Assembly: GCA_965248755.1 (NCBI GenBank) | Contig: OZ252149.1 | Coordinates: 1,216,001 to 1,280,000, forward strand | Length of the DNA stretch: 64,000 nucleotides | Origin: Candidatus Latescibacterota bacterium | GTDB taxonomy: Bacteria > Latescibacterota > CBDEFO01 | Reading direction: 5' to 3' | Part shown: piece by piece, positions 19,889 through 28,987 of the stretch | Layout: each line of letters starts with the position of its first letter | How positions within the stretch are numbered: position 1 is the stretch's first letter | Notes under the pieces: model-generated | Told to the model about the DNA's origin: nothing | The model's database searches: none | Seen by the model: only the letters and a program-made list of their open reading frames with translations | Position numbers and translations under genes: made by a program

Positions 19889-20983
19889 CTATTTTCCTAT
19901 GTTTTCGTCTACCTTCTTTTTGCCATAGTGCAAAGCATTGACCAAGTCCTTGACGTGGCCAGGTGCAAGATGAGCATACTTTAAGGTTGTGGAGTAATCA
20001 CGATGGCCAAGCAGTTCCTGGACAAAACGAAGATCAACTCCGTTCATGACAAGATGACTGGCAAACGTATGCCTTAATAAATGCAGCTTTAGGTCCGGCA
20101 CTCCAGATTCTTCAGAAAGTTTCTTTAAGCTTCTGTCAATTTTGTCTGTCAATCTATTCCCCAAATAGGTAAGAACATACTCTGAATTGTAGTTGTTGTG
20201 TTTCTGATATTTTTTGAGCTGCTCCAAGACCTCAAGAAGGACTTCAGTCATTCCAATGTATCTTACTCTATAGTTTTTAGTGTGCCAGTCATCTTTTGAC
20301 TCTATCTTCACAGTTTTATTCTTGAAATCGGTGTCCGTCCATTTATAGTTGAATAGCTCCTGTTTGCGCATTCCAGTTTGTAAACCAACTTGAATGGTTG
20401 GATACAGGTGGGCATATCTCTTGCCTTTCTTTCCTAACCCAATTGCAGCTTGGAGCACTGAATCAACTTCATCCTCGCTGAGAAATCTTGGCTCTCTCTC
20501 AGGGATTTTTGGACGTTCAACGTCACGAATGGCATTGGAACCCTGGTATCCTAACCTTGCAGCAATCTTCATCATATGAGAAAGAGTAGACATCTCGTGA
20601 ATTACTGTGTATGGACTTGCACCAGAATTTAGACGCTTCCTTTTGTATTCCTCGCATTGGCTGAAACTTATGCTTGACAGAGGCATACCACCAAAAGCCG
20701 GAATTAAATGCTGGTTGATATGAGATCTGTTGGAGAGAAAGCTTCTCCTTGATTTGTTCAGTTCAGCATATTCAAGGTATTGCTTGCTAAACTTTTCTAA
20801 AGTCACTTCCTTTGATTTTACATCAAGCCCAAACTTACCTTCAACAAATTCCTGCTCCCATTTTCGTGCAACTACATCAGCCTGTTTTTTCGTGCCGACA
20901 GCCTTTCTCGTAATACTACCGTCAGGAAGCTTAATGCAGGCATACCATTTTTTGCCTCTTTTGACAGTGAAAGCCATAATCAT
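19889..20983 (-). CDS. Tyrosine recombinase / phage-type integrase
   Basis: TGMRKQE, HLLRHTFAS and LLGH...TLKY catalytic residues; N-terminal arm-binding region. Confidence 0.95.
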   Translation of the reverse strand: MIMAFTVKRGKKWYACIKLPDGSITRKAVGTKKQADVVARKWEQEFVEGKFGLDVKSKEVTLEKFSKQYLEYAELNKSRRSFLSNRSHINQHLIPAFGGMPLSSISFSQCEEYKRKRLNSGASPYTVIHEMSTLSHMMKIAARLGYQGSNAIRDVERPKIPEREPRFLSEDEVDSVLQAAIGLGKKGKRYAHLYPTIQVGLQTGMRKQELFNYKWTDTDFKNKTVKIESKDDWHTKNYRVRYIGMTEVLLEVLEQLKKYQKHNNYNSEYVLTYLGNRLTDKIDRSLKKLSEESGVPDLKLHLLRHTFASHLVMNGVDLRFVQELLGHRDYSTTLKYAHLAPGHVKDLVNALHYGKKKVDENIGK

Positions 20984-21219
20984 TATTCCTTTCTTCTACT
21001 GAAATGAATTAGAATATCATCCCACCTGAACCTAATCAATCTACCTATCCTGATAACCGGAAGCTCTGCTCTGTGCGTCATCTTGTAGACAGACGAGACA
21101 GGAATTTTTAACTTTTCAGCCAACTCTTCTGGTGTTAGTAGCTCATCAACAATGTCTTGAGAAGTATAAACTCTCTCATCATTAAAGGAATTGGACATTG
21201 CCTCGTCTGCGCTCATCAT
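20983..21219 (-). CDS. Excisionase-family HTH protein
   Basis: LLTPEELAEKLKIPVSSVYK...LPVIRIGRLIRF; abuts int; GGAGG RBS. Confidence 0.9.
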   Translation of the reverse strand: MMSADEAMSNSFNDERVYTSQDIVDELLTPEELAEKLKIPVSSVYKMTHRAELPVIRIGRLIRFRWDDILIHFSRRKE

Positions 21220-21412
21220 TTTTTGACCTCCCTTTCAAGGCAGTTATTTTCCGACACCGCTCCTAAAAGATCATAAAAAACTATAAACACAACAACTTTC
21301 GGACGACTCAAAAAACCTGAAGGTTAGTAAGGTTATCTTTATTTTTCTTTCTTTCATAGGTGAACCATACCGCTCCCCTTGACAGAGCGACAAATATTTC
21401 GCAAATTGGGGT

Positions 21413-21742
21413 TTGAGAAGGGAGGTCAAGGTGTCGAGCCCCGAAGTGAAAGATGGTAAGCGCTGGACGGCGACCCGTAAGGGAGAGATTGTGTTGGCTC
21501 TTTTGAGAGGAGCAGATCTATCTGAGGTGTGTCGTAAGAATGGAATTAGCCAGTCGCAGGCGTATGCTTGGCGTGATAGTTTCTTAGAAGGGGGCCAGGA
21601 GAGTCTGAAGTCTCGGCGTGGTCGCAAGGATCCGAAGGAGCGAGAGGTTAGCCGGTTGGAGCGCAAGGTAGGGCAGTTGACGCTCCAGTTGGAGATACTC
21701 GAAGAGGTAGCCCGTCTAAAAAAAACGAAGCGGTTGCCTTGA
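21413..21742 (+). CDS. IS3 transposase OrfA (HTH)
   Basis: HTH (LSEVCRKNGISQSQAYAWR) plus leucine-zipper-like tail; A8 run at 21718-21725. Start may be GTG 21431. Confidence 0.88.
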   Translation: MRREVKVSSPEVKDGKRWTATRKGEIVLALLRGADLSEVCRKNGISQSQAYAWRDSFLEGGQESLKSRRGRKDPKEREVSRLERKVGQLTLQLEILEEVARLKKTKRLP

Positions 21743-22602
21743 GTGGGCGGTTTTTGGGTCGAGGCTATTCCCGCAAGGTGGTAGCTTTGGCTTTGGGTTT
21801 GCATCGTTCGACTCTGTATAGGTTTAGGGATAGAGGTGTCAGTTCTTCTGTTAAAGAGCCTGTGATAGATGAGGAGCTTGCTTTTCGTATTCGAGGGATA
21901 CTGGACCAAGAAGAGGCATTTGGTCACAGGCGGGTTTGGGCGCATCTTCGTTTCAAGGAAGGGGAATGTGTCAACGTTAAGAAGGTTCATAGGATAATGA
22001 AGCTTAAGGGGTGGCAGTGTAAGCTGTGGAATCGTCCCGGGAGAAAGGGGCCACAGGTTGCCCAGAAGCGTTCTGTGGTGGATAGTCCCGACAGTTTGTG
22101 GTCGAGTGACTTGACAAAGATTTACTGTGGAAAAGATGGTTGGTGTCCTCTTATTGCGGTGGTGGACAACGGAAGCCGGGAGGTTCCTGGGTATCGTTTT
22201 AGTCGAAAAGGGAGGGCACTGGAGGCCACAGATGCCCTGGATCGGGCCGTGATCTCTCGATACACTTCCAAGGAGGCTGTCCCCCAGGGTCTCACTTTGC
22301 GCTCTGACAATGGTTCCATCTTTTTGGCTCGGGCCTATTTGGCCAGTACCGAATATTGGGGAATTCGTCAGGAATACATACCAAGTGGTAAACCCGATTG
22401 GAACGGTGTTGTAGAGCGTTTTTTCAGGACCCTCAAGCAAGAGTGTGTTTGGCTTCACAAGTTTGAATCCTTTGAACAGGCTGAGAAGATCATATCTCAG
22501 TGGATCGATAATTACAACAAGAACAGGCTTCATTCATCCCTGGGATATAAGACCCCAAAAGAGTGGAGAAAACAATTTTATCTACTACCCCAGGTTGCTT
22601 AA
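21739..22602 (+). CDS. IS3 transposase OrfB (DDE/rve core), -1 frame relative to OrfA
   Basis: WSSDLT, SDNGS, NGVVERFFRTLKQE and RLHSSLGY motifs. Confidence 0.93.
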   Translation: MSGRFLGRGYSRKVVALALGLHRSTLYRFRDRGVSSSVKEPVIDEELAFRIRGILDQEEAFGHRRVWAHLRFKEGECVNVKKVHRIMKLKGWQCKLWNRPGRKGPQVAQKRSVVDSPDSLWSSDLTKIYCGKDGWCPLIAVVDNGSREVPGYRFSRKGRALEATDALDRAVISRYTSKEAVPQGLTLRSDNGSIFLARAYLASTEYWGIRQEYIPSGKPDWNGVVERFFRTLKQECVWLHKFESFEQAEKIISQWIDNYNKNRLHSSLGYKTPKEWRKQFYLLPQVA

Positions 22603-22659
22603 TTGGTGTCGCTTTCCTGGGAAGCAGTACAGAACTCCTATATAGCTGTCTCCTTCTGT

Positions 22660-23322
22660 TTAAAGATTCCTGATGATGTCCGTAAACCTGTCTAGCTCTT
22701 CCCCTGTAAGAGGCTTGGTGAAATAAGCCAACACACCCGGGCATCCACGTCCATCCACAATACTTCGATAATCCTTCAGGTAGCTAAGGAAAATTATCGG
22801 AATATCTCGGATTGTTTCTATTTTAGTCCTATGCCAAGCCATCTTGATACCATCCAGGCGAGAGAGGTCCACCTCTGAGACAATAAGGTCTGGATCCTCC
22901 CGTTCCATCACATCCAACGCCATCTCTCCGTCCTCAACTGTCAAAACATCAGCTCCCACTTCCTGTAGAATAGCTGTGATCTGTCGAATTACATTCGGGC
23001 TGTCATCCACGATTAAGACTTTCGGACAACTAACTCGCACCTTCTCTGGAGGAGATTCTTGCTCATTACCTATCAGTTCTTGTCCAGGGTCATCTTTCTT
23101 ACTTACAGTTTTTGAGGTATTTAGTCCCTGTCCAGGGTCACTCCTTGAAGCTTGGACATCTTTCATTACATCCGATGCTCGGATTCGCAATTCAGCCCCA
23201 TAATCCCCTTTCACATACATACTTCGATACCGTTTTTCGTGAACACGACGTCGGACAGTCTTTTCAGAAACTCTTAATAAATCAATAACTTGCCTTACTG
23301 ATAGCCATTTGCGGGTTGTCAT
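22660..23322 (-). CDS. Excisionase/MerR-like HTH fused to an atypical receiver domain
   Basis: N-terminal LSVRQVIDLLRVSEKTVRRR; C-terminal VLIVDDS...PDLIVSE...IPIIFLS...KP, with Glu at the phosphoacceptor position. Confidence 0.82.
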   Translation of the reverse strand: MTTRKWLSVRQVIDLLRVSEKTVRRRVHEKRYRSMYVKGDYGAELRIRASDVMKDVQASRSDPGQGLNTSKTVSKKDDPGQELIGNEQESPPEKVRVSCPKVLIVDDSPNVIRQITAILQEVGADVLTVEDGEMALDVMEREDPDLIVSEVDLSRLDGIKMAWHRTKIETIRDIPIIFLSYLKDYRSIVDGRGCPGVLAYFTKPLTGEELDRFTDIIRNL

Positions 23323-23452
23323 GGTTCACTGCTTTCTGTTGAGACTCTTTTAAGCTTTGTCCAGGGTAGTTTTGACTTCGTATAACCCGAATTATACGAA
23401 ATACTATTTTCTCCTTTGCAATCCAAGGGCCTCATATATAAGAGAAAATGTT

Positions 23453-24421
23453 TTATTCCTCCGGTGCAGGTAAACCTCTGATAACATCCTGCTTTCGTTC
23501 CTGGTCTGAGTGCAGATATAGGGCTGAGGTTTCAATACTTGCGTGTCCTAAAAGCTCCTGAATATCCTTGATATTGGCTCCGGACTTTAACAAGCTGGTC
23601 GCAAAAGTATGCCTGCATTTGTGGGGACTTATGTCCTTCTGAATCCTCGACTCCTTAGCAATGTTTTTAACAATCCATTGAATTGTTCGATCACAGAGAG
23701 GATTCCCAGATTTGAGATTTATGTAGCAGTACTGATTCTGGAATTGGAGACTGATCTTCGCCTTCATCCATTTTTTGTAAGCATCCACCACAAGGCCATG
23801 GAGGGGTATATCCCTATTTTTCCCTCCCTTGGCATCCAGAATTTCCAGATAAGGAGAGTCGGTATCGATGTCCCGAAAATGAGTTGTATCCAATTGTGAT
23901 GCTTTATTAACTCTGATGCCAGTAAAAATAAGAGTGATCAAAAGAGAATGGTTCCTGATACCTCTTTGGTCGCTTTCTGATGTAGAATCTGAATTAAATG
24001 TAGATCTATGATAATTGATAATTTGAAAAACCTCTTCCTTGCTCAAAAATACAGGCTTGCCCTGAGACCTCTCCCATCTGGGAAGATCATCTTCTGCTTG
24101 CTCAACTGGATTGCTCGAAATATTACCCGCTCTTCTATGGTAGTTAAAGAATGAAGACAAGGTAGCAAGTCGGCGCTTTATAGAACTGCGTTTATGTCCA
24201 AGGTCTTTTTCCATAAAATCAAAGAAGGCTACAATATCATCAGCATCACATTTAAGTAGAGACTTGCGAAGATTTCTCTGTATAAACTCAAGGTCCTTGA
24301 TATAATTGTAAAGAGTAAGAGGGCGAAGACGTCTCCTCCTTCCTTCGATGAACTCCTTGATGGATTCATCTTTTACGTTGAGTTGCCGGATGATGTCGCT
24401 GTCAAACTTACTGAGTGGCAT
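23453..24421 (-). CDS. XerC/XerD-like tyrosine recombinase
   Basis: N-terminal SAM-like domain, TGIR, KGGK, HKCRHTFAT, LLGH...Y. Start at ATG 24421 behind GAGGA. Confidence 0.92.
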   Translation of the reverse strand: MPLSKFDSDIIRQLNVKDESIKEFIEGRRRRLRPLTLYNYIKDLEFIQRNLRKSLLKCDADDIVAFFDFMEKDLGHKRSSIKRRLATLSSFFNYHRRAGNISSNPVEQAEDDLPRWERSQGKPVFLSKEEVFQIINYHRSTFNSDSTSESDQRGIRNHSLLITLIFTGIRVNKASQLDTTHFRDIDTDSPYLEILDAKGGKNRDIPLHGLVVDAYKKWMKAKISLQFQNQYCYINLKSGNPLCDRTIQWIVKNIAKESRIQKDISPHKCRHTFATSLLKSGANIKDIQELLGHASIETSALYLHSDQERKQDVIRGLPAPEE

Positions 24422-26084
24422 TGCTGTCCTCAACAGATTCGTAGAAGATCTTCACCTCAATATTGTTCTGCAACTTTTTAGTTATAATGCGGTGAATTTT
24501 ACCGTCCCAGTCTGAATAATGATACGCCTTACGCTTTAGCTCTGAGATTTCAGCGTTTAGTATTTGAATTTTCAGATTGAGATTGGATAATTTTTCTTGA
24601 TGGTCTACCTCTGCCTGTTTATGCCTAAGAGCCAAACTCTTTAAATCTGCTTGAATGGATTGGAGGCGGTTTGCCTTTTCCTGGACCTCTGACTTTGTGG
24701 TTCTTCCCAGATGCAGACGATGCTGATAGTCATTCAATTCATTTTCAGCCTGTTGTAATTTCCCCTTTAGCTCTAATTCTTCTGCTCTGAACTTCTCTAT
24801 CTTTTCATCCTGCACTTTGCTCTCATTGTGCAATTCATCCTTTGTATTCTCCAATTCCTGCTTTTTCAGGGTTATCTGTTCTATATGCCTTTTAATCTTT
24901 GCTAACAAATCCCCTTCCTGAGTAGCCATTCCCTCTTTTACGGCAAGGTCCTCAACATCTTGGATATGGAATGTATAGCTTGCCCATCTCTTCGATTTTT
25001 TAATAACTACAATGTCCTGAGGATAAAGAGTATAGACCAGCGAGATCTTTCCCCTTTCAACGATTAAATGTTCAAGCCCTTCTAAATCTTGATAAGTTGC
25101 GTATATTAGCGATAAAATCTTTCCAGATATGCTAACAGGATTGAAATGTAATGGAACTTTCTCAAGGGAATAATCATCAGTCAAAATAAGTGAAGGACTA
25201 ATCAAAAAATGCGAAACGTTTACATCCATCTCATTAGCTATCTCTCCTATAGCTTTTCCTGTCAAATCAATCTCCACCGGACCTTGTCTTTTATTTTTTC
25301 CCCCTCGATAGATGTGGATTTTATCAGCTCGTAGGATAGCTTTTGGATCTGTCCTGTCGTCTCCGATAGTCATCAGCCTATTATCAGGACTGCGCAGAAT
25401 GAGACGGCTGCCATCCTGTCCTATTACCATCCATTTTCCCTGCACTCTTATCTTCGTTGTCTGATGCCAGGCCGTAAAATCTGCCCAAAGTTGATAGTGG
25501 GACCCCCATTTCTCATAAAATTCTATGGATGCCTTTACATCTGCAAAACCCCAATTTAATATCCATCGTGGACCGATCCAATTTACAGGAAGTAAGACGA
25601 ACACCGTAAGTCCCAATAGAGTCCATCTAAATTTCTCTTCTTTCTTGCTTCCTGTGGGGATCCAAGTCTTAGTATTGGGAGAAAACTGCCACATCTCATC
25701 TGAAAAAGGCGACATCCACTTTATCCCATTAGGGGATGCGCTGTCCAAAGCTTGATGGGAAGCCAGGCCAAGCAGAAAGGCCGTATAACAGTCTGCTCTG
25801 TTTAGCCAAAGAAGAGGAGATAGAAATACTGCAGTGAGAAACAAGAACGGTGCGCTGTGGAAGAAATCTCTATGAACAACAGAAATACCAAATTTTCTTA
25901 GAAGAGGTACTAAACCTATTGCTCTTCCAACTACTGCTGTCTCCCTATCTACATCAGAAATGATGCTCCCCACGGTGCATGATATGAGGCACAAAAGACC
26001 GGAGAACAGATTAAAGTCGAAACCCCTGAAAATATTCAGAAATAGAAAAAGGGCTATCCCCGCTACAACGTGTGTCTCAATCAT
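24408..26084 (-). CDS. YdjM-like membrane metal-dependent hydrolase fused to an MFP/HlyD-like lipoyl-coiled-coil region
   Basis: TH, SDVD, HRDFFHS and SHQALD motifs in TM helices; C-terminal VKEGMATQEGDLLA half-lipoyl motif, long coiled coil and SDWDGKI second half. Confidence 0.75.
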   Translation of the reverse strand: MIETHVVAGIALFLFLNIFRGFDFNLFSGLLCLISCTVGSIISDVDRETAVVGRAIGLVPLLRKFGISVVHRDFFHSAPFLFLTAVFLSPLLWLNRADCYTAFLLGLASHQALDSASPNGIKWMSPFSDEMWQFSPNTKTWIPTGSKKEEKFRWTLLGLTVFVLLPVNWIGPRWILNWGFADVKASIEFYEKWGSHYQLWADFTAWHQTTKIRVQGKWMVIGQDGSRLILRSPDNRLMTIGDDRTDPKAILRADKIHIYRGGKNKRQGPVEIDLTGKAIGEIANEMDVNVSHFLISPSLILTDDYSLEKVPLHFNPVSISGKILSLIYATYQDLEGLEHLIVERGKISLVYTLYPQDIVVIKKSKRWASYTFHIQDVEDLAVKEGMATQEGDLLAKIKRHIEQITLKKQELENTKDELHNESKVQDEKIEKFRAEELELKGKLQQAENELNDYQHRLHLGRTTKSEVQEKANRLQSIQADLKSLALRHKQAEVDHQEKLSNLNLKIQILNAEISELKRKAYHYSDWDGKIHRIITKKLQNNIEVKIFYESVEDSNATQ

Positions 26085-26962
26085 TTCTTCCCCTTGTTTT
26101 TGAGAAAAGGAAGGACGAATTTACCCAGGAAGATACCCAAGATCATGCCCAGACAACCCAGGACGATGCTGACACGATCATGTTCTCCCTCGACCAGTCT
26201 TGACAGATACCTGTTAAAGATCAAAACAAACAGCATAGGTATGCACACCCAAAGGTACATATATCGAACCTTAGCTGTATGGAGCTTCTCAACGCTATCT
26301 ATAATCTCATTAGTCAGGTGTCGAGACTTCTGATAGCGTTCCAGAGCTTTTTCAATCAAACCAGGATACCCTTTGGTCTTTATAAACAATTCTCGCTTAA
26401 CATATCCCAGGTCTTCTATAACCCACCCTTCAACGAGATACTCGATGTATGCTCCTGAATCCTTCTCATCCAAACCAGCGATCTCCATAGGACGACCCAG
26501 CCGCTCGATGAAACTATTGTTCTTGTTCAAACTATGTGCACATACCAAAAATGTTACTCCAAGGCTATGAAGCTCACAAAGAGCTCTTAGAGCATTACCA
26601 CTGCCGGGCAAGCTCCCCTCAAAGTCTACGATACAGATTACTTGAGACCCCACACTTTTGATCTTACTCCTTACCATGCCCGCTAGTGCTGAAGTAGTAA
26701 GGCTCCTATTTCCACTGGAGAATATCTTCTTTTCCTCTTCACATTTGAGCTGAAAACAGATTTCTTGTAATAGAGGCTTTTCGTTACGCACGGATGTCAA
26801 AAAAACAACCTCTTCAAAACTCTCCTCACAAAGTCGTCTGAGGACCTGGCGAAGGATCGTGCTTGACCCACATCCTAGCTCCCCCAACAGGACAACAGAG
26901 TCGCCCTGCTTCAGAGATGACGTGGTGTCCTCAGTGATATTGTCTATTCCAAAAACCTTCAT
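26081..26962 (-). CDS. P-loop ATPase-like protein with two C-terminal TM helices
   Basis: VVLLGELGCGSST (Walker A lacking Lys), CIVDFE, TKGYPG helical region, hydrophobic C-terminus; ATGA overlaps on both sides. Confidence 0.72.
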   Translation of the reverse strand: MKVFGIDNITEDTTSSLKQGDSVVLLGELGCGSSTILRQVLRRLCEESFEEVVFLTSVRNEKPLLQEICFQLKCEEEKKIFSSGNRSLTTSALAGMVRSKIKSVGSQVICIVDFEGSLPGSGNALRALCELHSLGVTFLVCAHSLNKNNSFIERLGRPMEIAGLDEKDSGAYIEYLVEGWVIEDLGYVKRELFIKTKGYPGLIEKALERYQKSRHLTNEIIDSVEKLHTAKVRYMYLWVCIPMLFVLIFNRYLSRLVEGEHDRVSIVLGCLGMILGIFLGKFVLPFLKNKGKK

Positions 26963-27654
26963 TCTTCAACTCTCTTCCAAGGTCTATCCCAACCGGTTAA
27001 CTCCATTAATTCTTGTAGAACTATCACCTGCTCATCTTCATTATCCAACCTCATAGACTCAATGCCATAGAACTCTATCCGAGCGCTTTGAAGCTGGTCT
27101 AGTGTTGCCTCTTGAGTTTTGTATCTATTGTCATAGAACTCCATTAACTCCCTTAATACCCCGGCCTTCTGATTGTAGAGCGTAGCTTTTCGTTTTAGTC
27201 CCTTCCAAAGCAGATATGTTTTGGTAATGTCTCGGATAAGAGATATGTGAGTATTCTTCAGTTCTCTACGGGCTGTCTCCAACTTCAACTTTGCTTCTCT
27301 GTGATCGTATCTTCCTGTGTTAAAAAGTCTGTCCAGATCCCAACTCAGACGGACGAAAGTTGTCTGCTCTTCAATCAAACGACTACCTTGCATAGCTTCG
27401 AGATTAGAGCCCCAGCTCAAAGACATTGATGGGATAAGTCGGGATGCTATGTTTGTTCTAAGAACATCCAGCTCTGCCAGCTGTACTTTACCCTCTGCTT
27501 CCTGCAGAAAAGGAGAGTGGATTCTTGCATATTCAATCATCTGTTCCAGCGACAACTCTTCAAAAGAATCTGGATACTCATCTGCAGGAGTTGGCTGTTC
27601 GAGAAAGAGGACGATAAGAAATCCCAGAATCAATTTAGAACTCAGATGTCTCAT
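26959..27654 (-). CDS. TolC/outer-membrane efflux protein family, single-repeat (half-length)
   Basis: Signal peptide; LSLEQMIEYARIHSP, P-S-M-S-L-S-W beta strands, LSWDL, DITKTY, LMELTG, typical of one OEP repeat. Confidence 0.72.
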   Translation of the reverse strand: MRHLSSKLILGFLIVLFLEQPTPADEYPDSFEELSLEQMIEYARIHSPFLQEAEGKVQLAELDVLRTNIASRLIPSMSLSWGSNLEAMQGSRLIEEQTTFVRLSWDLDRLFNTGRYDHREAKLKLETARRELKNTHISLIRDITKTYLLWKGLKRKATLYNQKAGVLRELMEFYDNRYKTQEATLDQLQSARIEFYGIESMRLDNEDEQVIVLQELMELTGWDRPWKRVEE

Positions 27655-27818
27655 TAAAGGAGTCCTTACGTTAGATACCAGAAACTATTATGTTCACTTC
27701 TTCTCTATGTGAGAATCTGTCCAAGTGATTTGAAACATAAAGGATATGATGTTACAAAATTCTTTGTAATCTACAGGAATTCAGCCATATAGGATATAGA
27801 CGCACGCACCATCTGAAT

Positions 27819-28388
27819 TTAGTAGAGTCTTTCCTTCAAGACCAATTTGAACTTCGAATTGTACTTTCCGCCACCACATCTCCTACAACTTCCAGTAATC
27901 CATTTTCTCCGCCTAAACTCACGCCCACATTCCGGACAAATAAAGACATATTTAATAGGCCTTTTCGGCATGGGTTTGGCGCATTGGGGATCGCATCCTA
28001 TTCGCTTGCAGATTTCCTTGAACTCATCGGTATGTCCTGAGGGTCTGCCATTCTGTTTGAGGAATAAATGTACCATCTCATGTTTAACAGTGTCCTCCAA
28101 TTCTTCCTGCCAATTATACGTGTCATGATATTTTGCAGAAATTACCATTTCCCAGGGGGAATAAGTCACCTTTCCTGCGGCGCGGGTCATCCTCTTACTG
28201 ATCCTGATAGACGGCGGACGAATAAGCCCGTCAAAGTATTTGAAGTTGAATTGGTCAAAGAGGGCTCTGATCTTTTCGACGTTGAGCGTGGTCGGATTAT
28301 CATTCTGTGAACCTGGACTCACAGCTACACCTTTCTTTTTTGTGCTAAACTTAAAGACCTTGAGTATAAAATCTGAAATTTGAAACAA
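27819..28388 (-). CDS. SprT-like zinc metalloprotease with Zn ribbon
   Basis: FNFKYFDG, RMTRAAG, HEMVH, GHTDEF, CPECG...CRRC. Start uncertain. Confidence 0.9.
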   Translation of the reverse strand: MFQISDFILKVFKFSTKKKGVAVSPGSQNDNPTTLNVEKIRALFDQFNFKYFDGLIRPPSIRISKRMTRAAGKVTYSPWEMVISAKYHDTYNWQEELEDTVKHEMVHLFLKQNGRPSGHTDEFKEICKRIGCDPQCAKPMPKRPIKYVFICPECGREFRRRKWITGSCRRCGGGKYNSKFKLVLKERLY

Positions 28389-28542
28389 AGGTTATTAAGG
28401 AGCTAGGATTTTCCCTAACGTTCAGGGCTATCAGTATTGACAAAGCCCAAAAGAACGGCCATATTTTAAATAGAAGGAGATTCCTGCCTTCTCCAAAAGC
28501 ATCGAAAAACTTAAAAAGAGGCGGACGTGAAGACCATAAAGA

Positions 28543-28866
28543 ATGACCGATGCAGACTATAAGCCCGGGGCACGATGTAGATTCTATCCTCAATGTGCTA
28601 TCTACAACTTGGGGTTGCTTAGAGAAGAAGCTGAACTTACGCTTTGTGGTAACGGACAGACTATACAAAAGGATTATATTCCAAGAATTCAAGATGTTCA
28701 TACTCCTCCTTCAAGGGAAGCTGGGTCTCCTGGCGAGATGGCAGTTTGTCCTGCTTTTGTAGGCATGATAGAATCCCTTCTAACAGGAACAATTCGGGCC
28801 TATATTGAGCAAATTGATCAGTTCTGGCAAAGAAGAAGAGACCTGGACGATATATTTGATGAATAA
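28543..28866 (+). CDS. Hypothetical protein (4 Cys)
   Basis: ORF fills the gap upstream of the NB-ARC gene; possible TTGACA promoter at 28437. Confidence 0.45.
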   Translation: MTDADYKPGARCRFYPQCAIYNLGLLREEAELTLCGNGQTIQKDYIPRIQDVHTPPSREAGSPGEMAVCPAFVGMIESLLTGTIRAYIEQIDQFWQRRRDLDDIFDE

Positions 28867-28987
28867 TTGAGCTCCACCTATCCACTTTAATATAAGTCTA
28901 CTCTATTATTCGTTTTTCGTCTATAGACTCTGCATAATATATTTTTTGTTAGATTCTGGAAGATCTGAATAGTCTGAGGATAAGCAG

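Larger units (their letters stand above)
21366..22631 (+). mobile_element. IS3-family insertion sequence (1266 bp)
   Basis: Imperfect terminal IRs (CATACCGCTCCCC...AGCGACA vs TGTACTGCTTCCC...AGCGACA), 4-bp target duplication GAAC on both sides, orfA plus orfB. Confidence 0.9.

Noticed and set aside
21271..22533. 420-aa minus-strand ORF
   Set aside because: Antisense shadow of the IS3 transposase, with no motifs of its own.
23453..24421. Integron integrase
   Set aside because: No IntI-specific insertion is evident before the HxxR box, and there is no adjacent cassette array.
26081..26962. Inovirus Zot/pI-like morphogenesis ATPase
   Set aside because: Walker A lacks Lys, and no small coat-protein genes or rolling-circle Rep were recognised nearby; not supportable without a profile search.
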